Shown: one piece after another, positions 18,277-28,401 of the stretch | Numbering within the stretch: the first letter of the stretch is position 1 | Layout: each line of letters starts with the position of its first letter | Source of the DNA: Bacillota bacterium | GTDB lineage: Bacteria; Bacillota; JAAYKD01 | Length of the DNA stretch: 64,000 nt | Reading direction: 5' to 3' | NCBI GenBank assembly: GCA_963666425.2 | Contig: OY762825.2 | Location: forward strand, 1,536,001-1,600,000 | Notes under the pieces: generated by a model | What the model was told of the DNA's origin: nothing | The model's input: only the letters and a program-made list of their open reading frames with translations | The model's database searches: none | Translations under genes and position numbers: made by a program

Positions 18277-19596
18277 ATGAAACTACTGATCCGCGATACG
18301 ACGGTCCTCACTGCCTGCAGTGATTTTCCGATCCTAACACATCAGGATCTGGCGGTCGAGGGCAAACGCATTGCGTTCATCCAGCCGCATGACGAGCAAA
18401 AAGCCGCCGCTTTCGAGGCGGAGCGGACGCTCGACGGCAGCCGTCTCGTCCTCTTACCCGGCCTCGTCAACAGCCATAGCCATGCTTATATGGTTTATTT
18501 CCGCAATTACGGCAGCGGCCTCAACCTGCAGGATTGGCTTTTTACGAAAATCTTTCCGGCGGAAGCGCGCCTGACCGAAGCAGACTGCGCCTGGGGAACG
18601 GCGTTGGGCTTGTTGGAAATGCTGCGCAGCGGCATCACCGCAGTCGCTGATATGCCACTGATGTCTGTATCAGGCATGCAGATCATCGAGCAAAGCGGTA
18701 TGCGGGTAGCGACCGGTCATGCTGTTTTCCAGACTGAATTTAACCCACCCGCCTGTAAAACGCTCTTCCGCAATTTTGAAGCCAACTACCGTGCCTATCA
18801 TAACCGGGCGGACGGCCGCATGAAGGTCTATGCCACCGTACACAGCGGTTATCTCTATCCGCCGGAGCAATTGGCGGAAGGCGCTGCCTGGCTGAAAGCC
18901 AATGGTTATCGGGTACATACACATCTGCATGAAACAGCCAAAGAAGTAGAGGACGATCTGCGTCTCTACGGTCAGCGGCCGCTGCAGCGCTTCGCCGCCT
19001 TGGGCTTATTAGGACCGGGCAACGTGGCCGCGCATTGTCTGCATCTCAGCCCGGAAGACCGCCGGCTGCTGAGCGAAAGCCAAACCCTGGCCGTACCCTG
19101 CCCTACCAGCAACCTGCGTTTGGCTGCCGGCATACCGGATCTTCCCGCTCTGCTGCAAGCCGGCGTGCAGGTAGCCCTCGGTACCGACGGTTCCGGCAGC
19201 GGCAATGCCTTGAACCTCTGGAAAGAAATGCATCTTGCCTCCTTGCTCTCCGGCAGCCTCTACAAGCAACCGGGCATTTTGAGCGATTTGGCTGTTTTGC
19301 AGATGGTCACCGCCACGCCGGCACAGGCGATTTTCGGTGATGCTGAAAACAGCATCGGCAGACTGCAAGCCGGTGCTGCCGCCGATCTGATCGCAGTCAG
19401 TACCGATGCGCCTCACTTCCATCCGCTCAACGACCCGCTCGCTGCCATTGTCCAGCATACGCTGCCCACTGATGTTGCGCTGGTGATGGCCGACGGTGCC
19501 CTTCTCATGGAAAAGGGACAATTCACCACGCTTGACGCGGAACGCATCAGTTATGAAGTGGAAAAGCGAACACCCCGCTTGCTCACCGGTCTCTAG
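18277..19596 (+). CDS. Amidohydrolase, MtaD/SAH-deaminase-like
   Basis: PGLVNSHSH, HTHLHET, AAHCLH and LGTDG. Confidence 0.85.
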   Translation: MKLLIRDTTVLTACSDFPILTHQDLAVEGKRIAFIQPHDEQKAAAFEAERTLDGSRLVLLPGLVNSHSHAYMVYFRNYGSGLNLQDWLFTKIFPAEARLTEADCAWGTALGLLEMLRSGITAVADMPLMSVSGMQIIEQSGMRVATGHAVFQTEFNPPACKTLFRNFEANYRAYHNRADGRMKVYATVHSGYLYPPEQLAEGAAWLKANGYRVHTHLHETAKEVEDDLRLYGQRPLQRFAALGLLGPGNVAAHCLHLSPEDRRLLSESQTLAVPCPTSNLRLAAGIPDLPALLQAGVQVALGTDGSGSGNALNLWKEMHLASLLSGSLYKQPGILSDLAVLQMVTATPAQAIFGDAENSIGRLQAGAAADLIAVSTDAPHFHPLNDPLAAIVQHTLPTDVALVMADGALLMEKGQFTTLDAERISYEVEKRTPRLLTGL

Positions 19597-19676
19597 AATG
19601 GGGATTTTTGCCGTTCAGACTCTCGAAGATAAAAAAGCAAGGTGGGAATCCGCAAGAATTGAGGAGGTTTTTAGTG

Positions 19677-20027
19677 ATGAGCGCACCCGTGAAACCAACA
19701 ATCACAATTGATATCCTGGAACAGGTGGACATCCGGGTCGGTACGATTCTGCAAGTGGAAGATGTGATTCGTTCCGATAAATTGCTCAAACTCACTGTCG
19801 ATTTCGGGGATTTCAGACGCACGATTCTTTCCGGAATGAAGGGCGAGCGCAGCAATCCTCAGGAAATCGTCGGTCAGCAGGCCTTGTTCGTGGTGAATCT
19901 GGCGCCGCGCAAAATGGCAGGCGAACGTTCGGAGGGAATGCTCTTTGATATCGGCTATGCCGATGGCATCACACCGGTCTTAGCCTGTCCCGAAAAGCCG
20001 GTCGCCAACGGCAGTCGTTTAGGTTAA
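19677..20027 (+). CDS. tRNA-binding / CsaA-like OB-fold protein
   Basis: DIRVGTI, VVNLAPRKMAG and SEGM. Confidence 0.85.
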   Translation: MSAPVKPTITIDILEQVDIRVGTILQVEDVIRSDKLLKLTVDFGDFRRTILSGMKGERSNPQEIVGQQALFVVNLAPRKMAGERSEGMLFDIGYADGITPVLACPEKPVANGSRLG

Positions 20028-20167
20028 GTAAGAGGATTGCCGCTCCGTTCCTGCCATTGCGCTCGCATCCACAGGGGAAGGCAAACCGGCGGCAGTCAGC
20101 GCGTTCTGATTTTATATGCCTTATGCGGATATTTTGCCCAAATGATCAAGAAGAAGGAGGCGTCTCA

Positions 20168-21175
20168 ATGAGAATCATGGTCAGCGGCGGTGCCGGTTAT
20201 ATTGGTTCGCATACCTGTGTTGCTTTGCTGCAGGCGGGTCATCAGGTGATTATCGCCGATAATTTCAGCAACAGTCATCCCGATGTATTGAAAGCCATCC
20301 GGCAAATCAGCGGTAAAGATTTTATTTTTCAGCAAATTGATGTCACCGACTCAAAAGCAGTACAGGCACTCTTTCGGGAAACAAAACCGGAGGCAGTGAT
20401 TCACTTTGCCGGTTTCAAAGCGGTTGGAGAATCCGTGACAAAGCCGCTGGACTATTATCAGAATAATCTGCTGAGCACCATTGTCTTGGCTGAATGCTGT
20501 CTTGCCGAGGATGTCAGACAATTTGTTTTCAGTTCTTCCGCAACGGTTTATGGGGCGAATCCGCCGCCGCTGCGGGAAGACATGGCGCTTTTGCCGACCA
20601 CCAATCCCTATGGAGAAACGAAAGTGATCAGCGAGCGGATCCTGATGGACACGGCGGCAGCCAATCCCGGTTTTTGCGTCGCTTTGCTGCGCTATTTTAA
20701 TCCGGTTGGCGCACACAGCAGCGGTTTGATTGGAGAGGACCCGAACGGACTCCCCAACAACCTAATGCCGAATATTACCCGTTCGGTAGCCGGCCGCCTG
20801 CCGACTCTGCGTATTTTTGGCAGCGATTACGAGACGCCGGACGGAACCTGCATTCGTGATTATATTCATGTGATGGACTTGGCGGAAGGGCATCTCGCAG
20901 CGCTTGACCATCTGCACGCGGGCACGCAGATTTATAATTTAGGCAGAGGAGAAGGCGCTTCGGTTTTTCAATTAATCCACGCTTTTGAAGAAGCAACGGG
21001 GAAAAAAGTAGCGTATCAGCTGGAAGCACGCCGTCCGGGCGATTTGGCTGTTTCTTATGCCGATGTCAGCAAGGCAGAAAGGGAATTGCATTGGCAAGCA
21101 AAGCGCGATCTGGTCAGCATCTGCCGCGATGCCTGGCGTTATGAAGAAAATTGCTTAAAAAAAACCAATCGCTAA
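20168..21175 (+). CDS. galE: UDP-glucose 4-epimerase
   Basis: GGAGYIGSH, HFAGFKAVGES, YGETK, LRYFNPVGAH and RDYIHV. Confidence 0.95.
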   Translation: MRIMVSGGAGYIGSHTCVALLQAGHQVIIADNFSNSHPDVLKAIRQISGKDFIFQQIDVTDSKAVQALFRETKPEAVIHFAGFKAVGESVTKPLDYYQNNLLSTIVLAECCLAEDVRQFVFSSSATVYGANPPPLREDMALLPTTNPYGETKVISERILMDTAAANPGFCVALLRYFNPVGAHSSGLIGEDPNGLPNNLMPNITRSVAGRLPTLRIFGSDYETPDGTCIRDYIHVMDLAEGHLAALDHLHAGTQIYNLGRGEGASVFQLIHAFEEATGKKVAYQLEARRPGDLAVSYADVSKAERELHWQAKRDLVSICRDAWRYEENCLKKTNR

Positions 21176-21202
21176 GGTCATTTCACTCTTTTAAGCAAAC
21201 GG

Positions 21203-21275
21203 AAACCGAAAGCATGCCGTTTTACAGCTCCACCCGTCAATCAGAGTTGTAAGATAGCATGCTTTCGGTTTTTTT
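21203..21275 (+). terminator. Intrinsic terminator after galE
   Basis: AAACCGAAAGCATGC...GCATGCTTTCGGTTTTTTT (long hairpin). Confidence 0.7.
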
Positions 21276-21545
21276 ATCGTATTTTCACCTGACTGTCAGG
21301 CAAAGTGCTCAGCTGCAGGATTTTCCGACGGTGTCATTGCACAAAGCTTGCCTTCTTGATGGTGCCATGTAGGAAAACCTTCGCCTTATCTCAAGCTTGC
21401 AGGAGCCGTCCAGAGCAGGATATTTTAACCCTCACAGAGAATTATTGCTTATGCGGATTATCTTTCTGTGCTTGTTTTCACAACGATTTTTCACACTTTT
21501 TCACGATGGATACGTCAAATTTTCCATAAATAGGAGGTAAAATTC

Positions 21546-23051
21546 ATGAAAAGAAAATACGCTTTGCTTCTACTGCTTGTCTTAAGCCTGCTTTTGTCCG
21601 CTTGCAACGGCGGCAGCCCGAAACCGACTACCCCGGCTTTAGAAAAAGCGGTCGTCGGGATTCCCCAAGATTTCGACTCACTCGATCCGCATCGCTCCGC
21701 TGCCACCGGGACGCAGGAAGTCATGCTGAATGTATTTACCGGTTTGATTTCCACCACGACGCAGGGTGAAATTATCCCCGATTTGGCCGTCAGTATCACA
21801 GCCAGCGACGATTTACTCACTTACACTGCGGTCCTGCGCACAGATGTCGTCTTCCATAACGGACAGACCATGACCTCAGCCGATGTGAAATACAGCTTCG
21901 ACCGGCTGCGCGGCAAAACAGAGGATCAAAAGGAAGCGTTGTCTTCCACCTTTAACGGCATCACCTCCATCGAGACACCGGATGCCAAAACAGTCGTTTT
22001 CCACTTAAGCAGCACCGATGCCAGCTTCCTGTCGAAATTAATGGTGGCAGTGATACCAAAAGACAGCGGAGCCCAGCAGGCAACGAAACCCATCGGCGCC
22101 GGACCTTTCAAATTCGTCTCTTATACACCGGGCGTTGGTCTGAGCTTAGCCAAAAACACGAGCTATTACGGTAAACTGCCGGCGCTCGATCTGGTCGATT
22201 TCCGCATTTATACCGACTCCAATACCGGTTTTTTGGCTTTGCAAACAGGTGAAGTGGATATTCTGAATATCACCCTGGATCAATGCGCCAGTGTTAATCC
22301 AGCTAAAATCAAGATTTTGGAAACACCGCAAAATATGGTGCAGCTGATGGCTTTAAACTTTAAGGTCCCCGCTTTTGCCAAATTGCAGGTGCGGCAAGCC
22401 CTCAATTATGCCGTCAACAAGACGGAGATCATCGAAATGCTGGGCCCCGGTTCACTGAAGCTGGATACCAACTTCAGCCCGCTGATGGCTTCCTATTATA
22501 ATCAGGAGACCGAAGGTTATTACAGCTTCGATCCGGCCAAAGCAATCAGTCTGCTGGCAGAAGCGGGCGAAAGTGATCTGCATTTTTCCGTCAAAGTACC
22601 CTCCGAATATAAATTCCATATGGATACCGCGCTCTTGATCCAAGCGCAGCTGGCTGCCGTGGGGGTGACAATGGACATCGTCCCGATTGAATGGAATACC
22701 TGGTTAGATGAAGTCTATAGTCAAGCCAACTTCGAAGCAACCATCATCGGCTTTACCGGAAAATTGGATCCGGATGCCATTTTAGGACGTTATGCCTCTG
22801 ATTTCCGGCGCAATTTCTCCCACTACAACAGCCCGGCTTATGATGCAATCATCACCGCCGCCCGCAGCAGCACCGATCTCAGTATACGTAAACAGCTCTA
22901 TGCCCAAGCCCAGATGATGCTGACACAGGATGCCGCCGCACTCTATATCATGGATCCCAGCCTCTATCGCGCCGTCAACCAGCGCCTCAGCGGTCTGGAA
23001 ACTTACCCGATCGGGTTCATTGATATGAAAACAGTCACCGTCAACAAATAA
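21546..23051 (+). CDS. Peptide/nickel ABC transporter substrate-binding lipoprotein (family 5)
   Basis: Lipobox LSAC; SLDPH, FHNGQTMTSADVKYSFDR and IGAGPFK. Confidence 0.92.
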   Translation: MKRKYALLLLLVLSLLLSACNGGSPKPTTPALEKAVVGIPQDFDSLDPHRSAATGTQEVMLNVFTGLISTTTQGEIIPDLAVSITASDDLLTYTAVLRTDVVFHNGQTMTSADVKYSFDRLRGKTEDQKEALSSTFNGITSIETPDAKTVVFHLSSTDASFLSKLMVAVIPKDSGAQQATKPIGAGPFKFVSYTPGVGLSLAKNTSYYGKLPALDLVDFRIYTDSNTGFLALQTGEVDILNITLDQCASVNPAKIKILETPQNMVQLMALNFKVPAFAKLQVRQALNYAVNKTEIIEMLGPGSLKLDTNFSPLMASYYNQETEGYYSFDPAKAISLLAEAGESDLHFSVKVPSEYKFHMDTALLIQAQLAAVGVTMDIVPIEWNTWLDEVYSQANFEATIIGFTGKLDPDAILGRYASDFRRNFSHYNSPAYDAIITAARSSTDLSIRKQLYAQAQMMLTQDAAALYIMDPSLYRAVNQRLSGLETYPIGFIDMKTVTVNK

Positions 23052-23087
23052 GCGAGCTTTAGCCGGAGCCCAAAGGAGCTGATCCCT

Positions 23088-24047
23088 ATTTCACGCTCAC
23101 TTCTCAGCCGTTTGCTTTCCAGTCTGCTCACGCTCTTCCTGGTCAGTCTGCTCATTTTCTTCTTCTTTCAGTTCATACCCGGCGACCCTGTCTTATCTCG
23201 TTTGGGTGAGGAAGCCGATCCCGCCCTGGAAGCACTGCTGCGCAAAGAATTGGGCTTGGATCTGCCTTTGGCGCAGCGTTATCTGAATTGGATGCTGCAT
23301 CTATCGCATGGCGATCTGGGACAGTCGATTCGCTTTAATCTGCCCGTCAATCAATTGATCGGTCAGCGGCTGCCAAGCACCTTGGCTCTGGCGGCCTGGT
23401 CATTTTTTCTTACCATTGTGATTGCCATTCCTTTGGGTTTATGGTTAGCTCGTCACAGCCAAGATTCCGCCGGCTTTGCCGTCAACGCCTTCAGTCAATT
23501 GGGTATTGCCATTCCTTCCTTCTGGCTGGCGATTCTCCTGATGCTGGTTTTTGGTGTCAAGCTGAACTGGCTGCCTATCAACGGCTATGTGCCCTGGAGT
23601 GTCAGCCCCTGGGGGTTTATGCGCTCCATACTGCTGCCGGGCTTGGCAATCAGCTGCTCTTCCGTGGCGATTGTGGTGCGCTACCTGCGCGCTTCTTTAC
23701 TGGACCAGATGCTGCAGGATTACGTCCGCACCGCCCGCAATAAGGGTTTGAGTGAGAATGTCATCCTATATCGTCATGTTCTGCGCAATGCGCTGATTCC
23801 GGTCCTGACGATTTTAGGCGTTCTGCTGGTCAACATCCTCAGCGGTTCGATTGTGATCGAATCCACCTTTTCCATTCCCGGTTTGGGGCAATTACTGCAG
23901 ACCGCCATTCGCAGCCGGGACCTGCCCCTGGTGCAAGGGATCACCCTCTATATTTCAATCGTCGTCACCCTAGGATTTCTCTTGGTGGATCTGCTCTGTG
24001 TCTGGGCCGACCCGCGCATCCGCGACAGGGGGGCTGACAATGCCTAA
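23088..24047 (+). CDS. Peptide ABC permease (DppB/OppB-like); probable ATT start
   Basis: IPGDP, DYVRTARNKGL, HVLRNALIP and DPRIR; start inferred from AAGGAG spacing (ORF track gives TTG at 23112). Confidence 0.88.
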   Translation: MSRSLLSRLLSSLLTLFLVSLLIFFFFQFIPGDPVLSRLGEEADPALEALLRKELGLDLPLAQRYLNWMLHLSHGDLGQSIRFNLPVNQLIGQRLPSTLALAAWSFFLTIVIAIPLGLWLARHSQDSAGFAVNAFSQLGIAIPSFWLAILLMLVFGVKLNWLPINGYVPWSVSPWGFMRSILLPGLAISCSSVAIVVRYLRASLLDQMLQDYVRTARNKGLSENVILYRHVLRNALIPVLTILGVLLVNILSGSIVIESTFSIPGLGQLLQTAIRSRDLPLVQGITLYISIVVTLGFLLVDLLCVWADPRIRDRGADNA

Positions 24048-24870
24048 GCAAACCATCGCCCGGCGGATAAACAGCAATTTAATCATTGGCGGCAGTATCG
24101 TCTGCCTGCTGCTGCTGATCATGCTGATCAGTTTTTTCTGGACTCCCTATTCCGCCACCGCACCGAGCGCGGCGGCGAAATTACAGGCGCCCTCCTTTGC
24201 TCATTGGTTTGGTACCGATCACCTGGGACGGGATGTACTGAGCCGGCTGATGTTGGGCTCGCAAACTGCCTTTCTGGTCGGTATCTCCTCGGTTGGCGCC
24301 GGCTGTCTCGTCGGTGTTTCGCTGGGTTTAGCCTGTGGTTATGCCGGCGGCTGGTTTGACCTGATCACCGTTCGGCTGCTGGACGCTTTTAAAGCCATCC
24401 CCAGCATCTTATTGGCTTTGATGATGATTGCCGTCTTTGGCTCCGGCATGAAAGTGACCGTGCTGGCGATTGCGCTGCTGTCCATTCCCCTTTATGCCCG
24501 CATGGCGCGCAGCAGTGCCATTCAACTGAAGAATCTCGAATACATGCAGTGGACCAAGCTGATCGGTATCAGCCGATGGCGTATTTTATTCGTCCATCTG
24601 CTGCCAAATATGCGTTCTCCCCTGCTGATTACCGCTTCCTTAGGCTTTGCCAATAGCGTTCTGACCGAAGCCGGTCTCTCTTACCTGGGCCTCGGGGTGC
24701 AGCCGCCGGATCCCAGTTGGGGTAAAATGCTGGCGGAAGCACAGGATTATTTGTTCAATGCCCCCTGGCTCGCCATCAGCGCAGGTCTTGCGATCACTTT
24801 ATTGGTCTTGGGTTTTAACCTCTTGGGTGACGGTCTGCGCGATCTCAGCGATACGCGGCGAAAGGACTGA
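24040..24870 (+). CDS. Peptide ABC permease (DppC/OppC-like)
   Basis: HWFGTDHLGRDVLSR and LSYLGLGVQPPDPSWG. Confidence 0.92.
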   Translation: MPKQTIARRINSNLIIGGSIVCLLLLIMLISFFWTPYSATAPSAAAKLQAPSFAHWFGTDHLGRDVLSRLMLGSQTAFLVGISSVGAGCLVGVSLGLACGYAGGWFDLITVRLLDAFKAIPSILLALMMIAVFGSGMKVTVLAIALLSIPLYARMARSSAIQLKNLEYMQWTKLIGISRWRILFVHLLPNMRSPLLITASLGFANSVLTEAGLSYLGLGVQPPDPSWGKMLAEAQDYLFNAPWLAISAGLAITLLVLGFNLLGDGLRDLSDTRRKD

Positions 24871-24874
24871 CGGC

Positions 24875-25843
24875 ATGGACAAGACGACTTTCTTGCAGGT
24901 AGAAGATCTCAGTCTGAGCGTACCCTACCACGGCAATGTTTATCCGGCGGTGGAGCATGTTTCCTTTTGCATGGCCGCAGGCGACAGCCTTGGCCTGATC
25001 GGTGAATCCGGCTGCGGCAAAAGCCTGACCGCTCTGGCGATTGCCGGTTTACTGCCGCAGCAAGTCCTGCGCAGCAGCGGCCGGATTCTCTTGGACGGCG
25101 TTGACTTAACGCAATTGACAGCAGAGCAAATGCAGGCGTATCACGGAAAGACGATCTCCATGGTCTTTCAGGATTCCGCCACCTCGCTCAATCCCCTGCT
25201 CACCGTCGGTTATCAAATACGGGAAGTGATTCAGCTTTACTGCCCGGCGGCCGACACCACAGCCAAACAAAAACAATTGGCGGAGGACAGCCTCGGCGAA
25301 GTCGGTTTGCTGAATCCGGCCGAAATTCTCAGGCAATATCCGCATCAGCTTTCCGGCGGACAGCGGCAGCGCATCATGCTGGCCATGGCCATGCTGCCGA
25401 AACCCCGGCTGCTCTTGGCAGACGAACCGACGACGGCTTTGGATCTCACCACCCAGCAGCAAATCCTGGCGCTGATTCGCAGCCTGCAGCAAAAACATCA
25501 GCTGACACTCTTGATGATTTCGCATAACATGCGGGTGGTGCAGTCGCTCTGCCGGCGCACGCTCGTCATGTATGCCGGAAAAATCGTGGAAGAGGGACCG
25601 ACGGTCCGCATCCTGCAGCAGCCGCTGCATCCCTACAGCAAAGCCCTGCTCGGTGCCATGCCGACCTTTGAAGGGCGCGGCAAAGCGCTTGCCACAGTGG
25701 AGGGTATGGTGCCGCCTTTGTATGCCCGCCAGCTTGCCTGCAGCTTCTCGCCGCGCTGTCCCCGCAAAACAGCGGCGTGTGATCTGGCGGTTGCCGAAAA
25801 AAGGCTGGCAGACCGCTTGGTCTTTTGCAACCATCCGGCCTAG
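24875..25843 (+). CDS. Peptide ABC ATP-binding protein (DppD/OppD-like)
   Basis: GESGCGKS, LSGGQRQR, ADEPTTALD, HPYS and C-terminal Cys cluster. Confidence 0.92.
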   Translation: MDKTTFLQVEDLSLSVPYHGNVYPAVEHVSFCMAAGDSLGLIGESGCGKSLTALAIAGLLPQQVLRSSGRILLDGVDLTQLTAEQMQAYHGKTISMVFQDSATSLNPLLTVGYQIREVIQLYCPAADTTAKQKQLAEDSLGEVGLLNPAEILRQYPHQLSGGQRQRIMLAMAMLPKPRLLLADEPTTALDLTTQQQILALIRSLQQKHQLTLLMISHNMRVVQSLCRRTLVMYAGKIVEEGPTVRILQQPLHPYSKALLGAMPTFEGRGKALATVEGMVPPLYARQLACSFSPRCPRKTAACDLAVAEKRLADRLVFCNHPA

Positions 25844-25909
25844 CCGGCAGCGGAATCGAATGAATCGGGCGAGCAATGGAGCAGAATCAGCAGAAAAGGC
25901 GGTGATTAT

Positions 25910-26875
25910 GTGATGTGGGAGGAAACCTGTCTCTTGCAGGTGAATCATTTATACAAAACCTATCCGCGCAGCGGCGGCAGTTTGTTTTCTGCCAAAGAGA
26001 GATTTACCGCCGTGCACGATCTCAGCTTCTCTCTGCAGAAAGGTCAGATTCTTGGTTTGATCGGCGAATCCGGCTGCGGTAAAACGACCACCGCCCGCAT
26101 TCTGGCTCGCTTGCTGCGAGCGGATCAAGGCGAAGCCAGCCTGAACGGTGTTGATTACCTGGCACTGACGGACCGCCAGTTCCACCCTCTGCGCCGGCAA
26201 ATCCAAATGATTTTCCAGGACCCGCAGCAAGTTTTAAATCCTTCCCTGACCGTAGGCCGCATCCTGCAGGAACCTTTGATCGGTTTTGGCATCGGCGGCA
26301 CGGCGAAAGAACGCTATGAATTATTGCTTCCACAATTGGCAGAAGTCGGTTTGGACGAAAGCCACCTCTCTTTCTACCCGCATCAGCTATCCGGCGGTCA
26401 GCGGCAAAGAGTTGCGATCTTGAGTGCACTGCTGGTGCAGCCGGAGCTTTTGATTGCTGATGAAGTCGTTTCGGCACTGGACTTATCGATTCAGGCACAA
26501 ATTCTCAATCTGTTGCAGGAATTGCGCCGGAAGCATGCCTTATCCATGCTGTTCATCTCCCATGATTTGCATGTTGTTTCCTGGTTAGCCGATCGCATTT
26601 TGGTGATGTATCGCGGTTATCTTGTGGAAGAAGCGAGTACCGAAGCATTGCTGATCAATCCTCTGCATCCTTATACAGAAGCACTTTTCGCAGCTGCAGC
26701 CGCTGCTGTCAGCGAAGAAACGCCGGCGAAGCTGACGATTCCCGCTCTGCCGGACGGTCAAGCCTGTCCTTATGCTGCGCTCTGCCCCCGCTGCCGCCCC
26801 TTTTGTCGGACAAGTATTCCGGCAATCCGTCTCGTCTCGGAAAACCACAAAGTCGCCTGTCATTATCCGGAATAA
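25910..26875 (+). CDS. Peptide ABC ATP-binding protein (DppF/OppF-like)
   Basis: GESGCGKT, LSGGQRQR, DEVVSALD and VACH. Confidence 0.92.
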   Translation: MMWEETCLLQVNHLYKTYPRSGGSLFSAKERFTAVHDLSFSLQKGQILGLIGESGCGKTTTARILARLLRADQGEASLNGVDYLALTDRQFHPLRRQIQMIFQDPQQVLNPSLTVGRILQEPLIGFGIGGTAKERYELLLPQLAEVGLDESHLSFYPHQLSGGQRQRVAILSALLVQPELLIADEVVSALDLSIQAQILNLLQELRRKHALSMLFISHDLHVVSWLADRILVMYRGYLVEEASTEALLINPLHPYTEALFAAAAAAVSEETPAKLTIPALPDGQACPYAALCPRCRPFCRTSIPAIRLVSENHKVACHYPE

Positions 26876-26918
26876 AGGATTTGCCTGAGCGCAATTTTAA
26901 GGAGGCTCCCGTTTTAGT

Positions 26919-27860
26919 ATGGAGAATACGTTTAACATCATCATCACTGTTTTTGCTGTGATCGGGTTTGGCTTTTTTCTCAGCCGCAAAGGGATCATCG
27001 ACGAGAAAATTGCGCAATTCATCGCCAAATTGGTTGTCACTTATGTCGTGCCCTGCACATTAATCAATAACATGATGACCTATTTTTCCCTGGAAAGCCT
27101 GCAGGATGCCGGTTTGGCTCTGCTGGCTCCTTTTCTTTCCATCCTGGCCACCTTTGGCATTGCCCATTTGCTGATTCTGATTTTGAAAATCCCCAAAGGC
27201 CAGCGCGGTGTCTTTGCCGCGCTCTTTGGTTTTTCCAATACAATTTTCGTCGGACTGCCGGTCTGCACAGCCATCTTCGGCGACGCAGCAGCGCCTTTGG
27301 CTCTGCTTTTCTTTGCTGCCAACAGTGTTTTATTCTGGGCCCTGGCGGCGCCCGGAATTCGGCGGGATGCGCCCGGCAATCAGAGCGCCGGCTGGCAGGA
27401 AACCCTGCAGAAGATCTTCACGCCCGCGCTGATCACCCTGATCGTCTGTTTTGCCTTGCTGTTTCTGCGGGTCAGTTTACCAAAGTTTGTCATGGATACA
27501 ACCAAAATCATCGGCGGCATGAGTACACCGCTGGCGCTGACTTATATCGGTTACGTGCTCGCCAGTACTGGCTTAAGCAACTTAAAAATCAGCCGCAATG
27601 TGATCATCGTCTGCCTCGGACGCTTCCTGATTTCTCCCCTTATCACCTTTGGTTTGATGAAGCTCTTCCATATTCAGGGCTTGATCGCCGATGTCAGCAT
27701 CATTCAATCCGCCATGCCGGCAATGGCTCAGGTGCCAATTGTCGCCGCTCTTTATGGTTCCGATCATAAATTCGCTGCGACCTGCACCTCCTTCTCTACC
27801 TTGCTGGGTTTGCTCTTTTTACCGGTCTACATGTATCTCTTCACCCTGCTGGGGATCTAG
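26919..27860 (+). CDS. AEC (auxin efflux carrier) family transporter
   Basis: About 10 hydrophobic segments; FSNTIFVGLP and SAMP motifs. Confidence 0.85.
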   Translation: MENTFNIIITVFAVIGFGFFLSRKGIIDEKIAQFIAKLVVTYVVPCTLINNMMTYFSLESLQDAGLALLAPFLSILATFGIAHLLILILKIPKGQRGVFAALFGFSNTIFVGLPVCTAIFGDAAAPLALLFFAANSVLFWALAAPGIRRDAPGNQSAGWQETLQKIFTPALITLIVCFALLFLRVSLPKFVMDTTKIIGGMSTPLALTYIGYVLASTGLSNLKISRNVIIVCLGRFLISPLITFGLMKLFHIQGLIADVSIIQSAMPAMAQVPIVAALYGSDHKFAATCTSFSTLLGLLFLPVYMYLFTLLGI

Positions 27861-27933
27861 ACCGCAATACAAAAAAAACCCAACTTCTTTTCTTGTTTGT
27901 TTTTTGGCAATTTTGTATTTTTTTAAGAATCAC

Positions 27934-27962
27934 TGGACAAATCGACGGGGTCATGCTATAGT
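27934..27962 (+). promoter_or_regulatory. Sigma-A-like promoter
   Basis: TGGACA-N17-TATAGT with a TG extension, upstream of the riboswitch. Confidence 0.65.
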
Positions 27963-27991
27963 AGGTTTACGTTCTTTGTAACGTATTAATG

Positions 27992-28134
27992 TGAGAGGGC
28001 TTCTAGGGTTCCGACAGAGCCATGGTTCTGTGCAGGTCCGAGCGAAGCCGCGTTTTGTTCTACAAAACGTACACCGTGAGAATAAAAGACTCTGCGGAAG
28101 GTCTCCTGTCTAAGGGAGACCTTCCGCTTTTTTT
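27992..28134 (+). promoter_or_regulatory. ykkC-family subtype-2 riboswitch (ppGpp-like) with overlapping intrinsic terminator
   Basis: CTAGGGTTCCG...GGTCCGAGCG...ACACCGTGAG-A-ATAAAAG-ACTC-T-GCGG; P0 GAGA/TCTC; terminator GCGGAAGGTCTCC/GGAGACCTTCCGC-T7 at 28094-28134. Confidence 0.88.
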
Positions 28135-28401
28135 CATGGTTTCTCATATTTCCTCCTCTCTTTTATTTCTACTGTATTGCTGTTTTCTTGCCGGTGGCCG
28201 CTGCGAATCTGATTTCGCGGCGGCATTTTTTTTTAAAAGAGCGAGTCATGGCAGTTCAGCCGGCAAAAAAAGAACCGTTTTGCTGAAATTGCCTGCGTTG
28301 AAGCGGTAGTTTTTCCCTCTGCCGGCAAAGGAATTCATTGCGATGTAACGAATTAAGCACCTATTCTATAAAATTCCACCGTAAAGGAGTGCGATCTCTC
28401 C

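Noticed and set aside
25106-25948. 280-aa antisense ORF in the ABC ATPase gene
   Set aside because: A typical shadow ORF opposite a conserved GC-rich gene.
28135-28401. Second RNA element or leader peptide after the riboswitch
   Set aside because: Only weak pairings (GCCGGC sites) and no recognisable motif or RBS-backed ORF.
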